Source: Candidatus Methylomirabilota bacterium
GTDB taxonomy: Bacteria; Methylomirabilota; Methylomirabilia; Rokubacteriales; CSP1-6
DNA length: 25,106 bases
Direction: 5' to 3'
Assembly (NCBI GenBank): GCA_046726415.1
Contig: JBKPAK010000046.1
Coordinates: forward strand, 1 to 25,106
Shown: positions 1-8,835 of the stretch, one piece after another
Numbering within the stretch: position 1 is the stretch's first letter
How the letters are laid out: each line of letters starts with the position of its first letter
The notes under the pieces: generated by a model
Told to the model about the DNA's origin: nothing
Database searches by the model: none
Seen by the model: the letters and a program-made list of their open reading frames with translations, nothing else
Translations under genes and position numbers: made by a program

Positions 1-87
1 GTGGTCGCCGAGATGAACCGTCACGGCGTCGGGTTCACACCGAGTCCGAAGCACCTCGATCCCATCGCGAAGCTGCTCCCGCGCTGA
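1..87 (+). CDS. 3' end of an unidentified CDS (partial)
   Basis: Frame 1 is open from base 1 (VVAEMNRHGVGFTPSPKHLDPIAKLLPR*), has GC-rich third positions and stops 4 nt before the next gene's start. Confidence 0.55.
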   Translation: MVAEMNRHGVGFTPSPKHLDPIAKLLPR

Positions 88-91
88 GGGC

Positions 92-715
92 GTGGCGGCG
101 CGGCGCAACGACTTCGGCTTCACGGCGCGGGAGCTGCGCACTCTCCGATCGTTTCGGAAGCCGCGCGGCGTTCAGCGGGCGCTCGACCGCATGCCCTATC
201 ACGTGGCCCACAGCGCGTGGCCGCCGCGCCGCGTGCTCCATGAGTGGACGGCGCACTGCCTGGAGGGCGCCGTCTTCGCTGCGGTGGCCCTACGCGTGCT
301 CGGCTTCCCGCCCCTGCTCCTCGATCTGGAAGCCGTGCAGGACACTGACCACGTCATCGCCGTCTTCAAGGAGCGCGGGCACTGGGGCGCCATCGCCAAG
401 TCGAACTTCTCGGGATTGCGGTATCGCGAGCCCGTGCACCGCACCTTGCGTGAGCTGGTGATGAGCTACTTTGAAGGCTATGTGAACCTGCGCGGCGACC
501 GCACACTGCGGGCCTACTCGCGCCCGATCTCGCTGGCGCGCTTCGACCGCCGGCGCCCGGGCTGGATGACATCGGACAGCGATGTGTGGTGGGTGGCCCA
601 GCACCTGGTCCACGTCCCGCACATTCCGCTCGTCACGCCTCTCATGATTCGGCGTCTCACACGCGTGGATCAGCGCTCGCTGGAAGCTGCCCGTCACGGT
701 TACCAGAGTTCGTGA
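92..715 (+). CDS. Conserved hypothetical protein, possibly transglutaminase/papain-like fold
   Basis: 207-aa ORF with coding-like codon bias and motifs AHCLEGAVFAA, DHVIAVF, WGAIAKSN, LRYREPV. The Cys...His spacing resembles transglutaminase-like proteins. Confidence 0.75.
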   Translation: MAARRNDFGFTARELRTLRSFRKPRGVQRALDRMPYHVAHSAWPPRRVLHEWTAHCLEGAVFAAVALRVLGFPPLLLDLEAVQDTDHVIAVFKERGHWGAIAKSNFSGLRYREPVHRTLRELVMSYFEGYVNLRGDRTLRAYSRPISLARFDRRRPGWMTSDSDVWWVAQHLVHVPHIPLVTPLMIRRLTRVDQRSLEAARHGYQSS

Positions 716-867
716 CAGGAAGAGCGACCAGGAGTCACGACAGGATCTCTCCGAGCCGGGCGCCGGCAGCGACGACTGGAGGTCGCGAGCAAGAAGGCGC
801 AGAGAAACGCACGTCTACGCCTCCTTGCCCCCGCGAAAAAGCGCTGCCCGGTCGGTCCTCCTCGCCG

Positions 868-1389
868 CTAGTCTCCTTCCACCCTGATGGCCGCACGCAT
901 CCACGGGTGGAGGCAGCACTGGAAGCGGTGAAGGCCGGCGCTGAGTCCTTTCAGCTCCAGGTGAGCACCTGGCGCCAGCGCCGTGGGGTCTGGAAGAACG
1001 AGGCATTCTGGAGCAGGGGTTAGTCCCATGGTGAGCGGAGGAACGCGTCCGCCGCCGAAGGCAGCCACCTCGGTGAAGGTATGAGCTCTGCCACCCTCGT
1101 TCGTCACGCGTACGCCCTTGCCGGATCTCACCGTGAGATACGAAGGCTCGTTCCGCCATGACGGATGGCCGACGACGGTGAACGGGGAAAGGGAGGAAGA
1201 CAGCAGGGCATTAAATTCCGCCAGCGTGACGTCTCCTTCCTTGAGCGCACAGCCCCCGGTGGGAGCCCACGTCGCGTCATCAGGATCGCAGTTATCCAAT
1301 ACTGCGATCTTCCTCTGCCCGTCTGCGCCGGCCACGCTGACGGTCAACATTACGGCCAATCCTCCGACGAGCCACTTCGCGGTGCGCAT
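868..1389 (-). CDS. Secreted cupredoxin (type-1 blue copper) domain protein
   Basis: Signal peptide MRTAKWLVGGLAVMLTVSVAGA, upstream His (AHTFT) and C-terminal C-x2-H-x2-M (FQCCLHPWM). GGAGG precedes the ATG. Confidence 0.8.
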   Translation of the reverse strand: MRTAKWLVGGLAVMLTVSVAGADGQRKIAVLDNCDPDDATWAPTGGCALKEGDVTLAEFNALLSSSLSPFTVVGHPSWRNEPSYLTVRSGKGVRVTNEGGRAHTFTEVAAFGGGRVPPLTMGLTPAPECLVLPDPTALAPGAHLELKGLSAGLHRFQCCLHPWMRAAIRVEGD

Positions 1390-1390
1390 A

Positions 1391-1471
1391 TCACCCCTCC
1401 TGCTGAACGGTCGCAGCCCAACTCGTCCATCCTCCGCCGGGCCACTGCGGCCAGGCGGTGTTCCTTCCCAT
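1391..1471 (-). CDS. Putative 26-aa Trp-rich upstream ORF (MGRNTAWPQWPGGGWTSWAATVQQEG)
   Basis: Preceded by AAGGAGGTGAT (1479-1489). The stop lies 1 nt before the cupredoxin ATG (TGA-T-ATG). Confidence 0.3.
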   Translation of the reverse strand: MGRNTAWPQWPGGGWTSWAATVQQEG

Positions 1472-2100
1472 GACGGACATCACCTCCTTCTGGACACTGC
1501 CGGGTGGGAGCCCTGCCTTCCCGGGTGAGGCCGCCATCCGACGGCGGACGATGAGGTAGATCCGTTCGCGGACCTCGAAACTCCTGAGCCCCGGCGGCCC
1601 GGGTAGCCGGGATCCCCGCCGTCATCACCGCCACCCCTCGCTCTCCCGTTGCTGAGCTGCTCAACAACTGAGTTGCCCTGGGTCGGGATCCCACGAACAC
1701 ATGATCTGACAGGAGATCAGCGGGTACACATCGGCACCGTCGGCGTCTACCACTTCAAGAGCGACGACGGCCCCTCTGGAAGCTTCAACGGCACGGCTTC
1801 AGCACCCATGGCACGTCCCTCCCCGTGTGCGCGACGCGGTGACGGGCCACCCTCGACGTTTAGTGAAAACGTTCCTCGGTGCCGAAACCTTCCAGGCGAG
1901 AAAGTCGCACCACGGGCCCCGCGCTGCGGCCTTGTGGGGGCGTGGGAGTGCTCGCGATGAAGCACTGACGTGTCACCGACCTCCTGGTCACGACGGTCGG
2001 GGTCCAGGCCAGCGAGGGCCGGGCGCGGTGCCGTGGACGTTAGCGGCACGGGAGGCTGCGCGCCTTTGTGGTCAGGGCTCCGCCGTATAGACTCTTGACG

Positions 2101-2129
2101 TTGACGGTTGGGATGCTGCCGGCTACCTT
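2101..2129 (+). promoter_or_regulatory. Putative sigma70-type promoter
   Basis: TTGACG (2101-2106), 17-nt spacer, TACCTT (2124-2129). TTGACG is tandemly duplicated at 2095-2100. Confidence 0.45.
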
Positions 2130-2174
2130 TCAGAGTGTGATGGTGGCTTCCAGGCGCCCGTTCCGGCGAAGCCG

Positions 2175-2333
2175 ATGAGCGCCGAGCACGCCTTGCTGGC
2201 CTTTGTCGTGCTCCAAGTCTCCTTTGTCGGCTACCTGGCATACCGGGCTCACCGGACGTGCCAGCGAATCGAAGGCATCACGGCGGCGACCGTCCTGGAA
2301 GCCCGCCGGGTGCTCACTCAATCGCGCTCGTAG
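2175..2333 (+). CDS. Putative 52-aa single-pass membrane protein
   Basis: MSAEHALLAFVVLQVSFVGYLAYRAHRTCQRIEGITAATVLEARRVLTQSRS: an N-terminal hydrophobic helix followed by basic residues, downstream of a promoter-like site. Too short for the ORF track. Confidence 0.5.
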   Translation: MSAEHALLAFVVLQVSFVGYLAYRAHRTCQRIEGITAATVLEARRVLTQSRS

Positions 2334-2446
2334 CAAGGTCGGAGTGAGCAGCGAGCTGCCATCACCGCCGCGGGGAAAGACCTTGTCCGGCGTCCCGGGT
2401 GGGCAACCTATCATGAGCACTCCACTCTTGCGACCGAGGGGACATC

Positions 2447-4072
2447 ATGTCCTGGACCCGCCGTGACGTGCTCGCTCTCGGGCGCTTGGCCCTCGCCGGC
2501 GCCATTCTGACGCCCGCCCGCGCTGTCGCGCAGACCGCGAAACGCGGCGGCACTCTCACCATCCGCGGGTGGGATCCGCCGCTCTTCGACCCGATGCTCA
2601 CGACCGCCTACCGCGTGCAGATCCCGCTCAGCTTCACGCACGGCCGCCTCGTGAAGCACAAGGCGGGGCCGTCCGTCGCGCCGGGGACGTTCCCCATCGA
2701 GGGCGACCTCGCGGAGTCGTGGACGCAGCCGAACGAGACGACGTACGTCTTTAAGCTGCGCCGGGGCGTGCGCTGGCACCCGAAGCCGCCCGTGAACGGG
2801 CGCGAGCTGACGTCGGCCGACGTGAAGTACACGCTCGAGCGCTTCCTCACCGTGAAGGGCAACCCCAGCGCGTACATGTTGCGGGCCATCGATCGCGTGG
2901 AGACGCCGGACACCTACACAGTGCGCATCGCGCTGAAGGAGGTGAATGCCTGGTTCCTGGAGATGCTCGCCAACCCCATGACGGTGGCCATCGTAGCTCG
3001 CGAGGCGGTCGAGAAGTTCGGCGACCTCAAGAGGGCCGAGTCCGTTATTGGCACCGGGCCGTGGATGCTGGAGAGCCACCGCCCGAACGCTGGCCTCACC
3101 CTGGTGCGACACCCCCAGTACTTCCAGGCCGGACTGCCGTACATCGACCGCGTCGAGATGGTCGTCGACGAGGACAACGCCTCTCGCATGTCCGCGTTCC
3201 TGGCCGGCAAGTACGATCTCGGGTGGGACCTTCCGGGCGCCATCGGCCGCACCGACTGGGTGCAGATCAAGGACACGCTGAAGCAGCGGCGACCTGGCTT
3301 GCGCTCGGCGGAGTTCGTGTCGAACGTGGAGACGCACATCTCGATGCGCACCGACCAGAAGCCCTTCAGCGACGCCCGCGTTCGCCAGGCCATCTCCATG
3401 GCCATCGACCGCCGGGGCATCCTCGACGCGACGGCCGAGGGCGTCGGCATCCTCAATCCCGCCATTCCCGCCGCTTTCAAGGACTGGTCGCTGCCCATCG
3501 ACCAGCTCGGCGAAGGCGCCCGCAACTTCAAGCACGATCCCGCCGAGGCCCGGCGCCTCCTCGCCGCCGCCGGCTATCCGAACGGCTTTCCGGCGAGCCT
3601 GTGCTTTACCAGCTACGGCTCCACCGTGTTCGTCGATACCGCTCAGCTCATCCTGAAGTACCTCAAGGACGTCGGCATCGAGACGAAGCTCGATCAGAAG
3701 GAGTACGGCGCCTTCATCGCCACCTGCTATTTTGGCAAATTCGACTCGATGACCTACGGTCCCCAGACGCCTTTCGTCGATCCCGAGAACTACATCTACG
3801 GGATGCACTACCCGGACGAGCTGAAGAATCAGAGCCACGTGAACGACGCCGTGGTGACCGACCTGCTCGTGCGCCAGCGCCGCACCGCCGATCCGGCCCG
3901 CCGACGCGACGTCCTCGCCGAGCTGCAGCGGCACCTCGCCCGCCAGCAGTATTACGTGCAGCTCGCCTCGCCCGTGACCATCGCGGTATGGGACGGCGCG
4001 GTCAAGAACTACGGGCCGAATCTCGGCTACGACTATGGCGGGCGGCTCGTCGCGGCGTGGCTCGATCGGTAG
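2447..4072 (+). CDS. ABC transporter substrate-binding protein, family 5 (peptide/nickel type), Tat-exported
   Basis: Twin-arginine signal TRRDVL and motifs GDLAESW, FKLRRGVRWH, GTGPW, PFSDARVRQAISMAIDR, DPAEARRLLAAAGYPNG. RBS GAGGGG. Confidence 0.93.
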   Translation: MSWTRRDVLALGRLALAGAILTPARAVAQTAKRGGTLTIRGWDPPLFDPMLTTAYRVQIPLSFTHGRLVKHKAGPSVAPGTFPIEGDLAESWTQPNETTYVFKLRRGVRWHPKPPVNGRELTSADVKYTLERFLTVKGNPSAYMLRAIDRVETPDTYTVRIALKEVNAWFLEMLANPMTVAIVAREAVEKFGDLKRAESVIGTGPWMLESHRPNAGLTLVRHPQYFQAGLPYIDRVEMVVDEDNASRMSAFLAGKYDLGWDLPGAIGRTDWVQIKDTLKQRRPGLRSAEFVSNVETHISMRTDQKPFSDARVRQAISMAIDRRGILDATAEGVGILNPAIPAAFKDWSLPIDQLGEGARNFKHDPAEARRLLAAAGYPNGFPASLCFTSYGSTVFVDTAQLILKYLKDVGIETKLDQKEYGAFIATCYFGKFDSMTYGPQTPFVDPENYIYGMHYPDELKNQSHVNDAVVTDLLVRQRRTADPARRRDVLAELQRHLARQQYYVQLASPVTIAVWDGAVKNYGPNLGYDYGGRLVAAWLDR

Positions 4073-4243
4073 GATGCGCCGCGGGGGCGAGCGCCGTTCG
4101 CTCGCGGGGCTGGCGCGCTATGCCTCTCTGGCCGGTCAGTGGGCGCGCGGAGGAGGCGGCTGGCGTCGCGGGCGGCGGCGGCTCGGCTCTCGTGTGGCGG
4201 GTCGACCAGCGGCGGCCCGCACCCTTCACCTACACGGTGCGCG

Positions 4244-7200
4244 TCACTCGGTGGCCGCGGGCTCAACAATGCTGCCGTAGCGGTGAAGTACCCGCGAGAC
4301 CGTCTGCTCGCGGAGATACCAGCGAAGCTCCAGACGCCCGTTGGCGAGGACGGGCGCGTCGATGACGGTGAGGCCCACACCATTGGCCGCGGCGCGGGCC
4401 GCCGTCGAGATCGGCGCCCAAACGCGCACGCGCTCCGCGTCCCCTGGATGCGCCAGGCGGTCCACGAACCCTGCCTCCGCCTCCACCGCGAGGTCTATCA
4501 CCCCGCCATACTCTGCGAGCCACGGCCAAGGCCGGGATTCGGGCGACAGACTCACGGTGAGTGGCACGCCTACCGCACAGGCCGCCAGTATCACCTGGGA
4601 CAAAGCGACCGCGGCAACGGTTCCCCGCACGATCACGCGGCGGCACGGCCGGTAGCGGAATGCGTTCCGCTCTCCGAGAATCGCCGTGGGATCGTGCTCG
4701 CCGCCGAAGTGGCGACGCCACATGCGCGCGTAACTCGCCGCGCTCGCCCGCACGACGGCGCGCCCGTCGCCGTCCGATACCTCGGCCAGACATCGCTCGA
4801 GCAGCGCGGCCATCGGTTCGGGGAGCGGTTCGGCGTCGGCGGGCGGCATCACCTGGCTCCAGCGCGCGAGCTGCAGCACGTAGTTGGGGCCGCCCGCCTT
4901 GGCGCCTAGCCCGACCGAGGAGGCCTTCCAGCCGCCGAAGGGCTGGCGGCCAACGATCGCCCCGGTGATGGGACGATTGACGTAGAGGTTGCCCGCCTCG
5001 ATCCGGTCGACCCAGCGCGCGATCTCGCGATCGTCGAGCGTATGGATCCCGCTGGTGAGCCCGAACGGCGTGGCGTTGGCGAGCTCGATCGCGTGGTCGA
5101 GATCTTCTGCGCGCATCAGCCCCAGCACGGGACCGAAGCACTCCGTGCGGTGAAAGAACGATCCGGGACGCACCCCAAGCTTGATGCCGGGCGACCAGAG
5201 CTGCGGGTTGTCGCGCGTCAGGCCCGGCTCGAGCAGCCACTCCTCGCCCTCGTCGAGAACGGTGAGCGCACGCCGGAGCGCGGCCCCGGGTTGTTGGGTC
5301 AGCGGGGTGATGCGGCTGGTCAGGTCCCACGCGCAGCCCACAGGGAGGCTCGCTGCGGCGTCGCGCAGCTGGCGCCGGAAGTCCGGGTCGTCGTACACCT
5401 CGGCCTCGCAGATGGCGAGACTCGCCGCCGAGCACTTCTGGCCGTTGTGGCCGAAGGCTGAGCGGACGAGATCGCGGATGGCCTGGTCCCGATCGGCGAG
5501 CGAGGTGATGATGATGGCGTTCTTCCCGCTCGTCTCGGCGAAGAGCGGGAGATCGGGCCGCCAGCCCAAGAACAGGCGGGCCGTCTCCACAGATCCAGTG
5601 AGGATGACGGCGCCCACGCGTGGGTCCGTCACGAGCCTTCGGCCCACCTCGTCGTCGGGGCATGGCAGAAACTGGAGGATGTCGCGCGGGACGCCCGCAT
5701 CCCACAGACAGTTGGCCAGCCACCAACCGACCAGCACCGCCTCGGGCGCCGGCTTGAGGATGACGGCATTTCCCGCCGCGAGCGCCGACAGTGTGCCACC
5801 CGCAGGGATGGAGAGCGGGAAATTCCAGGGCGGGGTCACCACGACCACGCCGAGCGGCTCCATGCGGCAGTCGCTCAGTTCACTGGCGGTCTGGCGCAAG
5901 GTCCGGGCGTAGTAGCGCGCGAAGTCAACCGCCTCGGAGACCTCGGCGTCGGCTTCCGTCACCGCCTTGGCGCCGTCGACGATCATCGCGCCGATCAGGT
6001 CGCCGCGCCGCCGGCCGAGTTCCGCCGCGCACGCTTCGAGCCTGGCCTCACGCTCGATGGCCGAGCGCGCAGCCCATGCCGGCTGCGCCGCCCGGGCAAT
6101 ACTCAGCGCGCGATCGACGTCCGCATGGCCCGCCAACGCGTAGCGGTAAGCGAGCCGACCGGGGCGCGAGGGATCGCGTCCCTCCTCTTCTCGCGACCCG
6201 AGCCCGATGGCTCCACCAACCTGAAGTGGGATCGCCTCCGGCGCGCGCTCGCGCCAGCGACGGTCGACATCTTCGATCCACGCGCGGTTGGCCTCGACAG
6301 TCCAGTCGGTGTCGGGATCGTTCTGGAACACCGCCTCGAGAGGCCGCCGGGCTGGCGTGGCGCACGCTTCGGCCCGCCGATCCTGCGTGCGGCGAGGTGC
6401 GTCGGAGAGCGCGGCCTTGATGCCGAACGCGGCCAGGAAGCGATGGCGCTCCGCCGCCCACTCCGGCGAGCCCGGCTCGAGGTCGAACACGTGGCGCAGG
6501 AAGTTCTCGGGCGCGGTGTTCTCATCGAGTCGGCGCACTAGATAGGCGATGGCGCTGTGAAAATCCTCGGCCCTCACCACGGGCGCGTAGAGCAAGAGAC
6601 CTCCGGCGCGCGCCTGCACCGCCCGCGCCTGGTGATTGGCCATGCCTTCGAGCATCTCGAACTCGACCCACGGCTCGACGTGGTGGGCTTCGCGCAAGAC
6701 GAGGCCATAGGCGATATCGAAAATGTTGTGGCTGGCGATCCCCAGATGCACGGCCTCCGCGTGCTCGGGCCGGCAGCCGTACTCGACCATGCGCTTGTAG
6801 TTCGCGTCCACCTCGGCCTTGGCCTCGTACGGGGCCTGGGCCCAGCCATGCACAGCGGCCTCGATGCGCTCCATGGCCAGATTGGCGCCCTTGACGATAC
6901 GCACCTTGATCGGCGCGCCGCCACGGTCCCGGCGGGCGATCGCCCACGCGGTGAGCGCTCGCTGCACGCGGTGCGACTCGGGCACGTAGGCCTGGAGTAC
7001 GACACCCGCGCTCAAGGGCAAGAACTCCGGCTCATCCAGCACTTCGCGGAACGCCGTCACGGTGAGGTCGAGGTCGCGATACTCCTCCATGTCGAGGTTG
7101 ATGAACTTCGACGCGGTCCGCCCGTCCGAGTAGTGGTACTGATGGCCGGCGGCGGCGCGATAGAGCGTGCGGAGCCGCTCGGCCACGCCCGCCACCGTCG

Positions 7201-7801
7201 CCCGAAAGGCGACCAGGTCGATCTGACTGAAGACCGACGAGATCTTCACCGAGATGTACTCGACGTCGTCGCGCTCCAGCAGCGCGAGATACGCCTCCAG
7301 CCGGCGCGCCGCTTCCGCCTCTCCAAGGATCGCCTCCCCGAGCTGGTTGAGATTGAGCCGGATGCCCGCGCGGCGCCGCTCCTCGAGGTAACGGCGGAGA
7401 TCTTCGTCCTCGCCAGGCAGGATGACGTTCTGCGTCTCGTGGCGCAGCCGGTTCACGATGGGGGGCACCACCAGGCTCGGGAGATAGTGAGCCATGGCCC
7501 CGCCTAGGACGAGCGCGACGCGCTCCCACCAGTCCATGTACCGAGGCACGCCGTACCGCTCGAGAAGGTAGGCGAGCTGGTCGGCGATGCGCTCGGGGCG
7601 GCGGCTTCGGAAGGCCTGATCGGCGAGGGCGATGGTGAGTTCCTTGCCGTGCGGATCGGCCATCATGCGGGCGAGCTTGCGCGCCTGGGCGCGCTCGTCC
7701 GCCGTCTCTCGCGCGCGCGCCTCGCGCAGGAGTTCTTCAGCCAGCTCGACCGCGCGGTGGGCGAGACGTTCTCCGATCGCGATGCCATGCGTCGCGCGCA
7801 T
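4244..7801 (-). CDS. putA: Bifunctional proline dehydrogenase / L-glutamate-gamma-semialdehyde dehydrogenase PutA
   Basis: PRODH motifs (NLDMEEY, VLQAY, RIVKGAN, IASHN, FEMLEGM, YLVRRLDEN) and ALDH motifs (PPWNFP, LTGS, ETSGKN, GQKCSA, ECFGPV, QPFGG). Confidence 0.95.
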   Translation of the reverse strand: MRATHGIAIGERLAHRAVELAEELLREARARETADERAQARKLARMMADPHGKELTIALADQAFRSRRPERIADQLAYLLERYGVPRYMDWWERVALVLGGAMAHYLPSLVVPPIVNRLRHETQNVILPGEDEDLRRYLEERRRAGIRLNLNQLGEAILGEAEAARRLEAYLALLERDDVEYISVKISSVFSQIDLVAFRATVAGVAERLRTLYRAAAGHQYHYSDGRTASKFINLDMEEYRDLDLTVTAFREVLDEPEFLPLSAGVVLQAYVPESHRVQRALTAWAIARRDRGGAPIKVRIVKGANLAMERIEAAVHGWAQAPYEAKAEVDANYKRMVEYGCRPEHAEAVHLGIASHNIFDIAYGLVLREAHHVEPWVEFEMLEGMANHQARAVQARAGGLLLYAPVVRAEDFHSAIAYLVRRLDENTAPENFLRHVFDLEPGSPEWAAERHRFLAAFGIKAALSDAPRRTQDRRAEACATPARRPLEAVFQNDPDTDWTVEANRAWIEDVDRRWRERAPEAIPLQVGGAIGLGSREEEGRDPSRPGRLAYRYALAGHADVDRALSIARAAQPAWAARSAIEREARLEACAAELGRRRGDLIGAMIVDGAKAVTEADAEVSEAVDFARYYARTLRQTASELSDCRMEPLGVVVVTPPWNFPLSIPAGGTLSALAAGNAVILKPAPEAVLVGWWLANCLWDAGVPRDILQFLPCPDDEVGRRLVTDPRVGAVILTGSVETARLFLGWRPDLPLFAETSGKNAIIITSLADRDQAIRDLVRSAFGHNGQKCSAASLAICEAEVYDDPDFRRQLRDAAASLPVGCAWDLTSRITPLTQQPGAALRRALTVLDEGEEWLLEPGLTRDNPQLWSPGIKLGVRPGSFFHRTECFGPVLGLMRAEDLDHAIELANATPFGLTSGIHTLDDREIARWVDRIEAGNLYVNRPITGAIVGRQPFGGWKASSVGLGAKAGGPNYVLQLARWSQVMPPADAEPLPEPMAALLERCLAEVSDGDGRAVVRASAASYARMWRRHFGGEHDPTAILGERNAFRYRPCRRVIVRGTVAAVALSQVILAACAVGVPLTVSLSPESRPWPWLAEYGGVIDLAVEAEAGFVDRLAHPGDAERVRVWAPISTAARAAANGVGLTVIDAPVLANGRLELRWYLREQTVSRVLHRYGSIVEPAATE

Positions 7802-7922
7802 TCCGTCGCCTCGCTCTCAGTGTACGCGCGCTTTAGAAGAGCTGGTTCGCTCGGAGGTCGCTCGTCAGCCTGGTGGGATTGCCCCAGTACGTCGACCGCG
7901 TGCTGCGCCTCGCGAATCTTCG

Positions 7923-8435
7923 CTACATGAGAGTGCTTCCTCGGCCTGCCGAAGTAACGCGGCGCTGATCACCGTCGCGCTCGTAGATCTGTTCGAGCGC
8001 GCGGCTGTCGAACCTCGCCGTGGGCGCGTCCTCGACGAGAACGCCGTCGCGCAGGACGATGATGCGGTCGGCGTACCCCTTGGCCAGGTGCACCTGATGC
8101 AGACTGGCAATGACCGCCACCCCGGCCGCCGCGGCGGCGCGCAGCGATTCGAGGACCGTGGCCGACGACTCGGGATCGAGGCTGGCCACGGGCTCGTCGG
8201 CCAGGATCACCCTGGCGTTCTGGGCGAGCGCCCGCGCGATGGCCACGCGCTGCTGCTGACCTCCGGAGAGCTGATCGGCCCGGGCGGTTGCCTTGTCGAG
8301 CAGGCCCACCGTATCGAGGTAGCCCAGGGCGAGTTGCCGGTCAGCGTGCCCGAACTGCCGCAACAGGACTCGCCAGGTCGGCACGACCGGCAGGCGCCCA
8401 GCGAGAACGTTCTGCAACGCGGTGAGGCGCCGGAT
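7923..8435 (-). pseudogene. phnC: C-terminal part of phosphonate/phosphite ABC ATPase; Walker A region and start are missing
   Basis: IRRLTALQNVLAGRL, LSGGQQQRVAIARALAQ, ILADEPVASLDP and SLHQV are present. Similarity stops abruptly upstream of 8435. Confidence 0.85.
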
Positions 8436-8436
8436 G

Positions 8437-8649
8437 AACGAGATCGTATTCGCGATTGAGCTTCTCGGCGAGGTACTTGAAGAACGGATCGTAAGCCTTC
8501 TTGGTCTCGCCAGGAGTCGGCTGAAGCGGCCCGACCCCGAAGCGAATCTTGCCCGACTTCTCCTGCGCCGGAATCGAGGCGACAAGTCCCAGCATGACCG
8601 CCAAACATCCCAGCGACAGCGCTCTCGCAATCGATCGCAGAAGTCTTGA
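8437..8649 (-). pseudogene. phnD: N-terminal fragment of phosphonate/phosphite ABC substrate-binding protein
   Basis: Signal-peptide-like stretch, then KIRFGVGPLQPTPGETKKAYDPFFKYLAEKLNREYDLV, joined out of frame to the phnC fragment. The AAGGAG at 8655-8660 has no canonical start codon at normal spacing. Confidence 0.7.
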
Positions 8650-8835
8650 GAAATCTCCTTGCTGTGGTGGTGTCCTATGATGCTCACCGCAGCGCTGAAC
8701 AAACACAAATCGGTACTGCCGATGCACGGACATCGCCCGTATGCTCACGAACGATATGTCGCCCGGCCCTTCCAGCGATGAGATTCAGAGCGGAAGTCGA
8801 GGGGTTCGCGAAGCGGAAGTGCCGGCTAGGAGCGT

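Noticed and set aside
1649..1960. 103-aa plus-strand ORF
   Set aside because: Only ~1700-1810 looks coding-like. There is no RBS or recognisable family, so it is at most an unidentifiable remnant.
4087..4105. Hairpin GCGAGCG-N5-CGCTCGC after the binding-protein gene as an intrinsic terminator
   Set aside because: There is no U-tract on either strand, and short GC stems are common by chance here.
7923..8708. Intact 261-aa ABC ATPase as given by the ORF track
   Set aside because: The N-terminal ~90 aa is an off-frame reading of the phnD fragment and has no Walker A motif.
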